In this document: piece by piece, positions 46,701-55,690 of the stretch
How the letters are laid out: every line of letters begins with the position of its first letter
Position numbering within the stretch: position 1 is the stretch's first letter
Virus record (IMG/VR): IMGVR_UViG_3300014775_002125
Coordinates: 1 to 64,000 of that record
DNA from: a virus
Direction: 5' to 3' (one strand)
DNA: 64,000 nucleotides
Program-made: the position numbers and the translations under genes
The notes under the pieces: generated by a model
Seen by the model: the letters and a program-made list of their open reading frames with translations, nothing else
What the model was told of the DNA's origin: nothing
Databases searched by the model: none

Positions 46701-48921
46701 CACCTATGAAGATTATGCAGTAGACTTGAAACCTCACAACAAGAAGTACTCCCTTGTCTCTCAGTACTCTAACAAAGAGAACTTAGAGTTTTTGAATGGG
46801 AACGACAACAAACTAAAAGGCAATAAGAAGTTTTTGAGGTTGGATGGTGCCACTTACGATGCTTCAGCGGAGACAGAAGAAGGTAGCTTTAACAAGAACT
46901 TCTTTGAGACCTACTCGTTTACCGACATCCTGAGAAATATCACTGAGGTTCGTCTGGAAAATAAGAATAAGACATCAAAGAAATGGAAGTTCAAGGCGTC
47001 TGCTCTCAAGAAGATGCTACCAGAGAATGGGTTCTATCCTGTTACTTATTTGACTCAGATGGCTGGTGTGTTCAGTTCCTCTTATGCTCCTTATATCAGT
47101 GGCTCAGAGTATTCTACACATCCATCATTGGCCCTACAGTCTCTAATGCAGCCCTTCTATGCTCCCGGAATGGCGTTTAACGCTATTAAGAGTGGTCTAG
47201 CAGTTGACTGGCCAATCTTTACGTCTTCTCTACAGGAGAACCTAGCAGTTATCGGTACAGAGCCAACCCCACTACACTACGTTATGCACAACACTAGTGG
47301 TTTTGACTCAAGGATTCCGTTCAAGGCTCTATATGATGAAAACGTAGACATGCCATCGAACAAAAACGTTTACCTTCTAGCTCCAGACAAACTCTATGCC
47401 TCTACAGGTAGCTCTGGTACTAGATTCCCTTACGTTAACTGGGATGGTACACGGAAAACAGACCATAAGAAAGGCTTTAGTTCCTTCATCAGTGGTACCA
47501 AAGAGTTCTTCACAGGGGACCTTGTAGAGATTACCAGTAAACAAGAGAAAGACTTCAAGCCTATGGTCTCTGGTAGTTCCTATTACATGGACATTATTCT
47601 AAGAAAGACCTCTGATTTCGATATTATTAAGAGCAACAACCCAGACTTCCCTGTCTCAGGCTCTTTAGAGCTTAAAGAGTATAACGGCCAGTATTTTGGG
47701 CCTCCCTCTAAGTACGAAGTGGACCCCTCAAATGGCGCTTCAGTCGATACAAGGGCATACAACTTTGCGGACCCTGCTTACGCTCCATATACACCTCCTT
47801 ACTTCTATGGGACAGCGAAAGCAAGGATCAAATTCACAGCTACAGAGACCAGAAAGTACTCTCTAGACGAAATCCTATCTGAAGCTATTAAAAACGTAGA
47901 GTATCTAAACGATGTTGTGGAAACAGGGGACCTAAGCATCTCTGGAGTAGGCGCAGCAACTGAAGGTGAGGCCAATGAGGTACTCGCACGGAACTCTATC
48001 ATGAATCTTGACGCCTCTGTAGAGCTTTTCAACAAGATTAAGGGGTTCAAAGCTGAATTTGTAGTTAACGAGCCAGCAGCATTGGGCCAGCCTCTAGGTG
48101 TTGTTGGGGGAGACCTTGAGCTTAACACTCTACAGCAGCCAGAGGATACTTCTTACGACAGATGGAGAATTAATCCTATCTTTGAGTGTCCTGCGTTAAA
48201 CTTCAGTGGGTCAACCTCTACTAGACCTGTCAGTGGCCAAGAAAACTATGCGGGTTACGGAATTTGGAGCACTTACGGCGAGGTTCCCACAAGCACTCAG
48301 GGTATTTTCCTCGAAGTTGTTGAAAGTTTCGATGAGAGTGAAAAAACAGACCCAACACTCTCTGGATCTTTGATAGATATTTGTGGGTTCGAAAACTCTA
48401 CAAGACAAATCGGAACCCTTAAGGAAAAAAGCCAACTCTCAGAAGGACTAGTAGTAATTCCTTTTGTTAATGAGACTTCCGATGAGGGCGTTGTAGAATA
48501 TGACGACAAGTTTTTCTTTAAGATGGGCGAAGGTAAGCTAAAAGGAGATCTTCTAGGGTTCTTAAACAAATACAACCTGCCTCCTAAGTATGATTTCTTG
48601 AAGCAGGACGTTGAGCCATTCCTATTCATTCCTTTTGAGTTCCATAAGGACGTTCAGAAGGGAGAACTAGCAGACATGTGGCAAGGACTACTACCAAGCA
48701 CTCTAAGGTACGCTGAAGAAGACTCACATACCTTTGAGATTGACGTAGAGACCCTAGAAGAAGCTGGAATTAAAGAGCTACCAGACAATGTTCAGTTTAT
48801 GGTGTTCAGGGTCAAGAAAAAGTCCCATAATCAAGACGGGAACTACTACAACTGGCCCCATGATTACTACACATTGATTGAAAACGTTAACCTAGAAGTA
48901 GATATCGAGTTTAAGAAATGA
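40711..48921 (+). CDS. Giant baseplate wedge-like structural protein with N-terminal LamG domain
   Basis: 2736 aa; FTFEWW..RHYAVT..LDEVRIWKT..YYKFNEG LamG region; LPFYL..IGTSFD..SKG wedge-like segment. Confidence 0.6.
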   Translation: MSIKKLFQSKDLSLKDIKPSKSRVKSLALNKKQFVVPVDFSTPENFVKYGLAEVQYQSAFVKIYNTYPYDGTLEDVETWYNELSSFERYIFDEKYPRGTGYVKLGTTWNRDVTDSSGQYGLSTAPNYITFSGSAGNGFDYPGQRRSETRNSFKDNANIWKPSENLDQNVKLDFESGFTFEWWMAKDGFNSGSTKREVILDLWNGETGASNGRLILEMTASAGSDSCLMLSVYSGSSNYVKELQVGTGSTLSTASVGDNSFRHYAVTVESGSSNLNIKTYVNGLVNESRDTAITGTPFTSISGTYKGRLGGLLTTVSTGTGSVGYGSLISSSLDEVRIWKTRRTEEEIYQNYNKTLFYGAATGRVENYLSVYYKFNEGITGTGSIDQTIMDYSGRVVNGLFYNYESTNRNTGSALVESSKANKEYQEPTLYSFHPDVVSVSDDLRTSGSNYDAQNPTSLWNTLPFYLRNEQEIEILDPDNLPTSELKKLCHLIGTSFDDFALAIDYLPKLKDREYLSGSQDPRSFVETLLHEEGLEFSTLFGDEDILTKLKNTDGNKVFDKSLEYVKGKIYENLYVSMNSINESKGNDEAFVKALRAVGVDENLVNINRYIKNSTRTYTTNYKVSENNKRFLNFYQSGSLSSTLTQATGSESGNARSYIGFHANKLYRDYSPFTMRFSTFMPRKLRQDSKAFFGVDFKTASIGGLRQSSGQLDYTWATNESASLNLMFVKKSSESPSGYYLLTGNVGGTNVELTSSNLTNVYQDTQWDLFVSLVNDKYPLGDKLTGTLSGSYTLSFHGIESLNDTITRTFEKTLSVPFADGSSFLGVDRRAYLGAHRQNFTGSVQQKSDVGIFDFQVIEEKLTNEDRESFAKYGKYADNPSKFRKAFLSSVVSGSNVELAPEISTLLTWDFTDVKRTTDASGEFYLEDLTSGSAARRTSLGAWGAAFAYHYPGQAYSFPLEHVANRKSSVPQIKQLGVDEVSPTSNVRILNFDDAIFKQNEKHEKDLLSFEISRERSLDSVIYEQTSPDEIARVIGKPTSHYEQSYPALQKKSREFFDDATEIRTHEQFFEFYKWVDSTVKEILDNFVQISTPKTDAWNTVESHALERDKLDWKLPILKTITSTHGQFGNSNERSFRWSKEHRPVGGSQAENGDWWRKRATRDGDLTVGASVDADRETLRQRIFTDSYYSSSNDPVYQVAKSHPTTGTYVHRPDYYRNFGKQQGTKLVKGNSSKFITYKNRDMFKSNIKVDGERVAFNIPKEIYLIFSASYKRDVDVDTNVVIKRRAVYKARSEMGREDYISADANRIMPFKIYSASIDGGYSDSLATNFTSGSDITNLHQDYADDIEATQMQGTFSERFVGGRSVRHVPVNSGNDSRSTRPEEFHILIGNLSIPTGTIGVTGPDYPIGGTAGYPAWSYPRAQYYRAVRQKTPISVKNYKMTTSSFGNFTNNHQILFVNKDHSLQHWFRDNLTFSQSASPFVTGAVDYLVPTSSKLESHYVQRFSSPGGFDSNFLDYETSQYSPYNSVNYRNLNVRIPRNELFKRHSGQFGVDIDNSTVGAFHKVPRNSFVRVENSGSSTAETTKYDNEFIQHAIPRKWKAYHWITQSYTGSEIYTEPTESLRGYIEDPGFIRDYTLSGNTGSFSVSTFSQKSFNTSSFTLENTKVTDIYTAADHEMLNSYLNSEHSKFMYSPLIQTRVAERLLRNKKDAYNLFQVSEVFDNDHSVNSFITYEESPLKFDKPFRSKLVSGEQTYNFTYAGLAERYNFADKRIGAALGMPEDPKKQFVYSKLMELEAEGDFETVYGDHQELVYSKKLFPRLQNYGLKRNRLRENYTEVAGTGSNGYDRVLNDRRTFWKDTDKSRSSHLNVLGEGWGRNYWPLGSNNYVTHALDGNYYEIFGGGSYVTIENEETAELSLSYLVSAGGFSYPDVLIHSMFGTGQATGSFQGTSYGDAVDSAYYTTHIATTPFVYGVSLGRFTGFIYPYDTEQISGKSPMYDTYEDYAVDLKPHNKKYSLVSQYSNKENLEFLNGNDNKLKGNKKFLRLDGATYDASAETEEGSFNKNFFETYSFTDILRNITEVRLENKNKTSKKWKFKASALKKMLPENGFYPVTYLTQMAGVFSSSYAPYISGSEYSTHPSLALQSLMQPFYAPGMAFNAIKSGLAVDWPIFTSSLQENLAVIGTEPTPLHYVMHNTSGFDSRIPFKALYDENVDMPSNKNVYLLAPDKLYASTGSSGTRFPYVNWDGTRKTDHKKGFSSFISGTKEFFTGDLVEITSKQEKDFKPMVSGSSYYMDIILRKTSDFDIIKSNNPDFPVSGSLELKEYNGQYFGPPSKYEVDPSNGASVDTRAYNFADPAYAPYTPPYFYGTAKARIKFTATETRKYSLDEILSEAIKNVEYLNDVVETGDLSISGVGAATEGEANEVLARNSIMNLDASVELFNKIKGFKAEFVVNEPAALGQPLGVVGGDLELNTLQQPEDTSYDRWRINPIFECPALNFSGSTSTRPVSGQENYAGYGIWSTYGEVPTSTQGIFLEVVESFDESEKTDPTLSGSLIDICGFENSTRQIGTLKEKSQLSEGLVVIPFVNETSDEGVVEYDDKFFFKMGEGKLKGDLLGFLNKYNLPPKYDFLKQDVEPFLFIPFEFHKDVQKGELADMWQGLLPSTLRYAEEDSHTFEIDVETLEEAGIKELPDNVQFMVFRVKKKSHNQDGNYYNWPHDYYTLIENVNLEVDIEFKK

Positions 48922-49673
48922 GCTTTTTGAAAGACGATCAGGTAATACAACTAAGAATGACACCAGAAGGCCGCAAAAAGTTGGCCAATGGTGTCTTCAA
49001 ACCCTCTATGTTTTCTTTTGGTGACTCTGATTTGATTTATTCTCAGAGTACCGTAACAGAGAACAGCACAAAGGTTCATGGTAGGCTCAAAGAATCCCTA
49101 AGACTCGAAACACAGGTAGAATATGGAGAGAAAAGACACAATGAGAACCTGTCTTTGCTCGGAAATATCTCTACAAAACAACAAGAAACGCCTTATTTTG
49201 AACTAACCATGAGGAACGCTACGACTGAATTGATTACCTATAGCCAGTCCAACGTTATCCATCAACACTACAAGACTCCTCAAGTAAATCTCAAAGATAT
49301 TCGGAGCTATGTAAAGTCTGAAAAGGAAGATTACGGGCTACTTGTCGATTCTGTGGATGGCTCTGAGATTGAACAGACGGACTTCATTGAACAAACTAAA
49401 GATGGCTACAGATTCTTTATTGACTCCGAGGGCTTTGAGGTTGATTTGAAGGAATGGAATGCTGATGGCGACTTTGAGATTGAACTATACGAGGTACTAA
49501 CAGATTCTGACGGTATTGAGAAACTAGAGGCCGTTGAGTTTGAAAAAGAAGGCAATACATACTTCAGCAACTTTTTTAACATTGAAGTAGACATTGAAAG
49601 AGTCCCACAGACCACTCAAGAAGACACGTCGATTGCTGAACTATATGATTTTGAGGAGTTAGAAAATTGCTAA
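48918..49673 (+). CDS. Structural protein, paralogous at its N-terminus to 53694..54632
   Basis: MSFL..MTPEGRKKLANGVFKPSMFSFGDSDLIY versus MAFL..LTDEGRKRLARG..FRVTKFALADDEINY. Confidence 0.6.
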   Translation: MSFLKDDQVIQLRMTPEGRKKLANGVFKPSMFSFGDSDLIYSQSTVTENSTKVHGRLKESLRLETQVEYGEKRHNENLSLLGNISTKQQETPYFELTMRNATTELITYSQSNVIHQHYKTPQVNLKDIRSYVKSEKEDYGLLVDSVDGSEIEQTDFIEQTKDGYRFFIDSEGFEVDLKEWNADGDFEIELYEVLTDSDGIEKLEAVEFEKEGNTYFSNFFNIEVDIERVPQTTQEDTSIAELYDFEELENC

Positions 49674-51259
49674 AAGCCCTAGAAGAAAAACTTGCAGGTC
49701 TTTTTGAGAACATTAAGATTACTGGTTTAGATATCGACATTAATAACGATAGGAAACCAGATAAAGACAAATTCAAAATGAAGCTCTCTCTCGGTACCAG
49801 TAACCCAATTGAAAAAGGCTCAAAGTACCAGTATCTTAGAAAGTTCATCAAGGTGAGACTGTATGGTTTTTCCGACTCAAGATACGAATTAGCTAGAACA
49901 GGGTTTTGGGAGCGTAAAGGGACGTTCAAAGATATTAAGTTTGATGGTACTGTATATAAAAACAATTCTACATATTACAATGTCAAAGAAACCGCAGATA
50001 CGTTGGACATGGTTTTCCCTAACATCGTCATCCCAGAGCTTAAAGATTTCTACTTAGGTGTTTTGTTATATATTGACTACAAGAGCTTAGGGGACATTGA
50101 AAATATTAAACTTCAGAAAGACTATGAGGACTTTGGGTCTAAGTTGGTTCTTCTACAGGTTTACGACGAGAATGGCTTCAACCCTGTTAGCTTGGTGCAT
50201 TATGTTCCAGATACAAAGGTGCCAACAGTTGGGGAGATTTACCAAGGGCCTTATGTCGAGTTAATAAAAAACAAAAAGATTAACCTTAAAACTCTAGCAA
50301 AAGATAGCAACGGGTTTTATGCAGATTACTCAGAAGATTTTATTGATGGATCTGATGCAGTTGTTGGGACGCAGACTTACAAAGGACTGAACCCACAAAA
50401 ACCGTCAGATGTCTTCACGTTTTTAAAGACAACCGAACTATCTTTGACAAGTCTTGCGAATGTTGTTGACACTACTCCAGTTTTGCCTTTAGTTGAAGTA
50501 TCAGATGGTACCTACAACATAGATATTTACAATAACATGGCTTTGTTGACTGTTAACAAGGGATTCATCGGAAGCACCAGACTTTCTGCTAGTGACTATA
50601 CACCACTTATCAAGTCGTTAACTATTGGTGACTTTAGGTTTGATGCTCCGTTAGTCATAGACAGCGGAGGAAGTTTAACGGTAATTGTGGAAAACAAGGC
50701 TTTCCCAAAGGGTGAACTAACTGTTAAATTAGAGTATACTCTTAGTTCTATCTTGAATTCTAAGCCGTTAGTAGGCTCTCCTTTGATGTTCCCACCATTT
50801 CTCAATGTTACCACTGAGAATGTGTTGAAGAATTTTGCGTTTAAAGTCTCAGCAAGGAAACAGTCTATTCTTAACTTCGACTACCAGACAAGCCAAGCAG
50901 ATATAGACAAACACTACAACCCAACTCCGCCGCCTCCCAAGTCATTTTTTAAAGATGTACTCAGAGATCAGGCAACCCAAGTTATTCTAGAGGCCAGCCA
51001 AAGGTCTACACCGCTAGATTTCCCTAAGAGCGACCAGTTAGTGAATCAACTGACATTATCGACATCCCTTCTGGACTTTTCATTGGATGTAGTGACACCA
51101 CCGACAAAAAACTATGTAATACAGGAGATTTCTAGATTCGACATAAAGGGCACAACGGTTAGCGAAACTTGGGTAAACTCAGTGCTTGGAGTTATCCCCG
51201 GAAAGCTGCAAAGAGTGTTAGAAGGCAATAACGAAATGTTTAGATTTATTGGGAAATAA
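49667..51259 (+). CDS. Hypothetical protein (baseplate module)
   Basis: 530 aa; TTG start after GAGGAG. Confidence 0.6.
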   Translation: MLKALEEKLAGLFENIKITGLDIDINNDRKPDKDKFKMKLSLGTSNPIEKGSKYQYLRKFIKVRLYGFSDSRYELARTGFWERKGTFKDIKFDGTVYKNNSTYYNVKETADTLDMVFPNIVIPELKDFYLGVLLYIDYKSLGDIENIKLQKDYEDFGSKLVLLQVYDENGFNPVSLVHYVPDTKVPTVGEIYQGPYVELIKNKKINLKTLAKDSNGFYADYSEDFIDGSDAVVGTQTYKGLNPQKPSDVFTFLKTTELSLTSLANVVDTTPVLPLVEVSDGTYNIDIYNNMALLTVNKGFIGSTRLSASDYTPLIKSLTIGDFRFDAPLVIDSGGSLTVIVENKAFPKGELTVKLEYTLSSILNSKPLVGSPLMFPPFLNVTTENVLKNFAFKVSARKQSILNFDYQTSQADIDKHYNPTPPPPKSFFKDVLRDQATQVILEASQRSTPLDFPKSDQLVNQLTLSTSLLDFSLDVVTPPTKNYVIQEISRFDIKGTTVSETWVNSVLGVIPGKLQRVLEGNNEMFRFIGK

Positions 51260-51263
51260 CATA

Positions 51264-53678
51264 ATGAGCTTAAAAAAAGAACTTTTTAAACAATTAGTGA
51301 CCCAAACTGAAACAGCGCCGGACCTTAAGCAAAGGGTAGCGACCAAAGATATTTGTGGGGTAGAGGTCACTTCCCCTCCAACAACTGCTGTTTTGGATAC
51401 TTCACTGTTTAACAGGAACCCCCTAAAGACAGAAAAGTTCGTCCCTCAGACTCAACTCCAAGCCTCAAGTAAAGCGCTTGAATTTTATGACTTAGACAAT
51501 TTTAGTGGAAGTAATAAAGATCCATTAAGAGAAGAGTATGGTTCTGAGTGGACTGTAAAAGCAAATAAAATTCGTAGGAAAGAGGGGACAAACCTAATCC
51601 CTAAAAGAAAATCTGTATTTTTTACGGAAGAAACCAAGATAGGTGAGATCAACAGAGTTTACACAGTCAACGGCTCCACCAGCACATTCCCAGAGCCAAC
51701 AGGTTATTTCTATGACCTTCATTTTTCTGTGAACGTTCCAGTGGAAAGGACAACTTTAAGAAACAATGCGTCAGCTAAAAACATTTACGAGTCTGAAGTT
51801 GTCTACAATTACTACAATGAGAACTTTGAAAAAAGCTACAAGAGTGATAGAGTGAATGAAAGGATTTTGCCAAACATTACTGTGGTTACCTCTGAACTGT
51901 CACAAGATTATGACAGGTTTGCCGACCATGTTTATTTGGCAGATAAGCTTTCTAAGTCTACCTCTTTATTCAGGTTTAAGGATTACATTGCGAATTATGG
52001 CAGTGAAGTAGAGGGCATTGTAAGGGACAACCCCGAAAAAATACGAGAAGTCGAGAGGCCCTTTGAGAATGTGTATATTGCCTCTAGTGATTACAACGGT
52101 GACTACAGTGAATCTCTGAGAAAACGTGCAGTGTTTCCCATGGCCTCTAAGCTAAGTCTTCCAACGTTCATGAACTATGGGGAGTTAGGCAAAGACATTG
52201 TAAACTCAGGGCTGGACTCTAGGCTTATGGCGCATGTTGGACTTTTCCCAAGTACGGTATCGACTTTAGAAGAATTACCAAGCGACCCAAATACGTTAAC
52301 AAAGTTTTCAAGATTTTCAAGACCGTTCAAGGTTAACATAAGAACCTCGACCGATATTTTTGGTTTTTCAGAGCCATTAGAAGTTCGCGACGAAAATATA
52401 ACGGTTTATAGTTTTGATGGTTGGCTTGAAAATTATCTATCCGAAGTCGTTGAGTCTTCGCTAGATGAAAAGGAAAAACTCTCTAAAAGAGCCTTTGGTA
52501 ATGAAAGGCAATATTTAAATTCTATCTTTCTAGGGCAAACTGAACAAGACGTTAAAGATCTTGAAGACAAAGAGTATAGTGCTTTAACAGCCTTGACTGG
52601 TATGTTTTTTAGTAAGAACTACCGAGATATCCTAAAGAAAAAGTCTAGGTCCATTCAAGAGATTTTCAGCGGCAAGAAAGCGCACTCTGAGACGTTGTTC
52701 TACATCATCAAGAAGAGAGATTTTTTGGGTAACTTGATTCAAACTTTTTTCGTGAATCCATATAACAATGATCTATTAGAACTTTTAGATACGCAGGTAA
52801 AGTACGGTAAGCAATACTTCTATCAAGTTATTCAGGCTAGATTTGTATTGGGCTCTAGGTACTCCTACAAAAGGGTAAAGAATGCTATAGATCGCGATCT
52901 AGTAGTAACAGTCGAGCCTTACCCTGTGGTTGCTGAGATTGATCTTTTTGAAACGTCTTTGACAATTACAGATGCCAACCCAATGCCTCCAGATGTTGAG
53001 TTCAGATTTTATCGAAACAACCCTGAGAAAGCTCTTGTTCTGTTGAGGCCCGGACAAGGATCTGTGACAGAGTTTCCAGTGTTCATTGACCCTGATGATT
53101 TCATTGACGGTAGTACACAGGTAGAGTTTAAAAAAGACGATAGACCCAAAGAGTATGTCCTATATGTAACTGATGAAAAACCAAGAGACTATGAAGACTT
53201 TGCAGGTAAATCAAGTAGGTTCCAAGTAGGCTCGGCAGCGGTGAAAGCAATTCCTGTCAGTGTTGAACCTAATAAAGACTATTGGGTTACTTTTAGAACT
53301 AAGGATATTCACGATAAATTGTCAAATCCAACATCAGTCTATCAGCTTAGAATGATTTACGAAAATGGTGTTTTATTACCAACCAAGAAGATATATAACT
53401 TTGAGGGAGAAATGAGAGAACCAGTAGAGTTTTTCAAGAATTTCAAGGTAACTCCCTCAGAATTGCAGTTAGAAATTGATAATTCTGCACTAGTTAATAA
53501 GCTTGCTAAGGATGTAACAACGAAAGATATCCAATTAGAGGCTGAGAATAATACTAGAAGAATTTGGAATGACGACACAAACACTAGGAAGTTCAAGATT
53601 AGGGTTACTTCAAAGAACTCTGGTAAGTCCCTAGATATAAACTACAAAATGCTGTTAGAGCGGAAACAACAAAAATAA
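51264..53678 (+). CDS. Hypothetical structural protein (possible Fn3-like domains)
   Basis: ATG at 51264; LLDTQVKYGKQYFYQV and VEPNKDYWVTFRTKDIHDKLSNPT are Fn3-type strands. Confidence 0.55.
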   Translation: MSLKKELFKQLVTQTETAPDLKQRVATKDICGVEVTSPPTTAVLDTSLFNRNPLKTEKFVPQTQLQASSKALEFYDLDNFSGSNKDPLREEYGSEWTVKANKIRRKEGTNLIPKRKSVFFTEETKIGEINRVYTVNGSTSTFPEPTGYFYDLHFSVNVPVERTTLRNNASAKNIYESEVVYNYYNENFEKSYKSDRVNERILPNITVVTSELSQDYDRFADHVYLADKLSKSTSLFRFKDYIANYGSEVEGIVRDNPEKIREVERPFENVYIASSDYNGDYSESLRKRAVFPMASKLSLPTFMNYGELGKDIVNSGLDSRLMAHVGLFPSTVSTLEELPSDPNTLTKFSRFSRPFKVNIRTSTDIFGFSEPLEVRDENITVYSFDGWLENYLSEVVESSLDEKEKLSKRAFGNERQYLNSIFLGQTEQDVKDLEDKEYSALTALTGMFFSKNYRDILKKKSRSIQEIFSGKKAHSETLFYIIKKRDFLGNLIQTFFVNPYNNDLLELLDTQVKYGKQYFYQVIQARFVLGSRYSYKRVKNAIDRDLVVTVEPYPVVAEIDLFETSLTITDANPMPPDVEFRFYRNNPEKALVLLRPGQGSVTEFPVFIDPDDFIDGSTQVEFKKDDRPKEYVLYVTDEKPRDYEDFAGKSSRFQVGSAAVKAIPVSVEPNKDYWVTFRTKDIHDKLSNPTSVYQLRMIYENGVLLPTKKIYNFEGEMREPVEFFKNFKVTPSELQLEIDNSALVNKLAKDVTTKDIQLEAENNTRRIWNDDTNTRKFKIRVTSKNSGKSLDINYKMLLERKQQK

Positions 53679-53693
53679 ACTTGGAGAAAACAA

Positions 53694-54632
53694 ATGGCTT
53701 TTTTAGATAACTCCGGTGACATTATCCTTGACGTCACCCTAACTGACGAAGGAAGAAAGCGTTTGGCTCGTGGCGACAACTCTTTCAGGGTCACTAAGTT
53801 CGCTCTAGCTGACGATGAGATCAACTACGCACTTTACAACACAAGTCATGCAAGTGGTAGTGCGTATTTTGACCTTGACATCATGCAAACCCCCGTGCTT
53901 GAGGCTTTTACTTCAGATCTTGCAGTCCCTAATAACTACTTGATCACCTATGACAACCCTAACCTTCTCTATCTCCCTGTAATGAAAGAGAACACACAGT
54001 TAGGTGACACTAAAAAACACTCAACTAAAAACATCTTCGTAGTAGCGGTTGATGAAGAGACTGAAGCACTTGTATACGCTGCTGGTAACGGTATTATCAA
54101 AGGTGAGTCTGGTGGCGGAACCTACATCAGAGTAGACCAAGGGCTGGACACTGAGGACATCTCTTACAACAAGACACTATCAACTCTTGGGGAGCAGGTT
54201 GATTCTAGCTTCGCAACCCTTGCAGAACCTATTTACAACGTACAGATTGATTCACGTCTAGGGTTGATTGTCAGTGCAAACTTTGAGACTGTAGCACCTG
54301 AAAACCAGATCAACCTAGAGAAAATTGCGTCATACACTCTTGAAGACCCTGAGTTTGTCATGAACAACGAGAACACTACAGAGGCTTCTGGAACCACCCA
54401 GATCATCAAAGGGCCACGAGGGACGATCCTTCAGTTCTCAATCGCCTCTTCCCCAGAACTAAGAACAGGTACCTCTTACTTCACTGAGCTTGGTTCTACT
54501 GAGGCTGCTAGTAACTATAAGTCTGGTGCAGCAGGGAACGTTTATTACATCGACACAAGCATTCGGATCTTAGGGGAATCTACTGGATACAACCTAAACA
54601 TCCCTGTCCGTTTTATCAAGAAGGTAGCTTAA
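53694..54632 (+). CDS. Conserved virion structural protein (baseplate/tail)
   Basis: MAFLDNSGDIILDVTLTDEGRKRLARG..TKFALADDEINY..TPVLEAF; GGAG RBS. Confidence 0.65.
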   Translation: MAFLDNSGDIILDVTLTDEGRKRLARGDNSFRVTKFALADDEINYALYNTSHASGSAYFDLDIMQTPVLEAFTSDLAVPNNYLITYDNPNLLYLPVMKENTQLGDTKKHSTKNIFVVAVDEETEALVYAAGNGIIKGESGGGTYIRVDQGLDTEDISYNKTLSTLGEQVDSSFATLAEPIYNVQIDSRLGLIVSANFETVAPENQINLEKIASYTLEDPEFVMNNENTTEASGTTQIIKGPRGTILQFSIASSPELRTGTSYFTELGSTEAASNYKSGAAGNVYYIDTSIRILGESTGYNLNIPVRFIKKVA

Positions 54633-54642
54633 GGAGCCATAA

Positions 54643-55689
54643 ATGTCAACATACTATAAGTCAATCGCACCAAGCGACATCATCCAGAATAAACAAAACC
54701 TATACGAAGCTATCCCTATTACTGGCTCTATTGTTTCTGGTAGTTATGCTGATAGCAACATCAAGAACTACGCTCACGGAATGTTCCAGAGTGTCTATGA
54801 TTACAACTATCTAAGTTCATCAGCTAACCCAATCTTCGACATTACTCTTTGTTACAGCCCCAATTCATCACTAAGTGGGTCTGCTAACACTCAGAACGCG
54901 AAGAAGATTAACCTATACAACTCACTCGCTCAGACTCTTATGGGTTATGATGCAACCGGAAGTATTCTAGAGTTTGATGCTGATGGAGATCTTACGGGCG
55001 GCACAAAGATCCGTGAAGCAGTTGTTGTGAAATTTAACCGTATTATTGCCAAGGACGAACTTAAGAAAGGGAACTTTGCTCTGTATTTAGGAGTCAGTGG
55101 TTCATATTCCACCCCCTTTGCTGAAAGAATCAAAGTTGCTGACACTGGTGCTGCAAGTTCTTACAAGTCTAATGCTGCTGCTGGTGAATATGGAATTCTT
55201 GTTGCTACCAACGCAACAGGAACAAGCCTAGACGGTGTAGAGGCTTCTTGTGGACTCGTGTTTTATCAGGCTGGAGTTGCTATTCTTACGGCTTCTGTCT
55301 TCGGGTCTCTTCTAAGCTCTTCCGCCGGAATGAACTCAAGCAATGAAGGCATCAACGCGGTTCTAACAGGGTCTACAATCGCTTCTGGTTCTGACAATTT
55401 CCGGCACCGCTTCTATGACCTAGACCTCGTAAACACTACCAAGCTCTACTCAACGCAGTATCTTTGTAGAATTAACCATAACGAGTTCAATTACTCAGCA
55501 AACCCAACGTATCTCAACAACTCAAAGGTACGTACAAAGATTCGAGAAACTGACGCGCCTACTAGTTACTTCACGAGTGTTGTTCTAATGAGTGAAGACA
55601 ATACTCCGCTCGCTGTCGGCAAGCTCAGTGAACCTATCAAGAAAGACTCCAACAACGACCTAACATTACGGCTAAGAACAGACTTCTAA
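54643..55689 (+). CDS. Virion structural protein (tail-collar/fibre-attachment-like C-terminus)
   Basis: GLVFYQAGV; C-terminal CR..EFNYSANPT..YFTSVVL..LAVGKLSEPIKK..LRTDF. Confidence 0.6.
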   Translation: MSTYYKSIAPSDIIQNKQNLYEAIPITGSIVSGSYADSNIKNYAHGMFQSVYDYNYLSSSANPIFDITLCYSPNSSLSGSANTQNAKKINLYNSLAQTLMGYDATGSILEFDADGDLTGGTKIREAVVVKFNRIIAKDELKKGNFALYLGVSGSYSTPFAERIKVADTGAASSYKSNAAAGEYGILVATNATGTSLDGVEASCGLVFYQAGVAILTASVFGSLLSSSAGMNSSNEGINAVLTGSTIASGSDNFRHRFYDLDLVNTTKLYSTQYLCRINHNEFNYSANPTYLNNSKVRTKIRETDAPTSYFTSVVLMSEDNTPLAVGKLSEPIKKDSNNDLTLRLRTDF

Positions 55690-55690
55690 T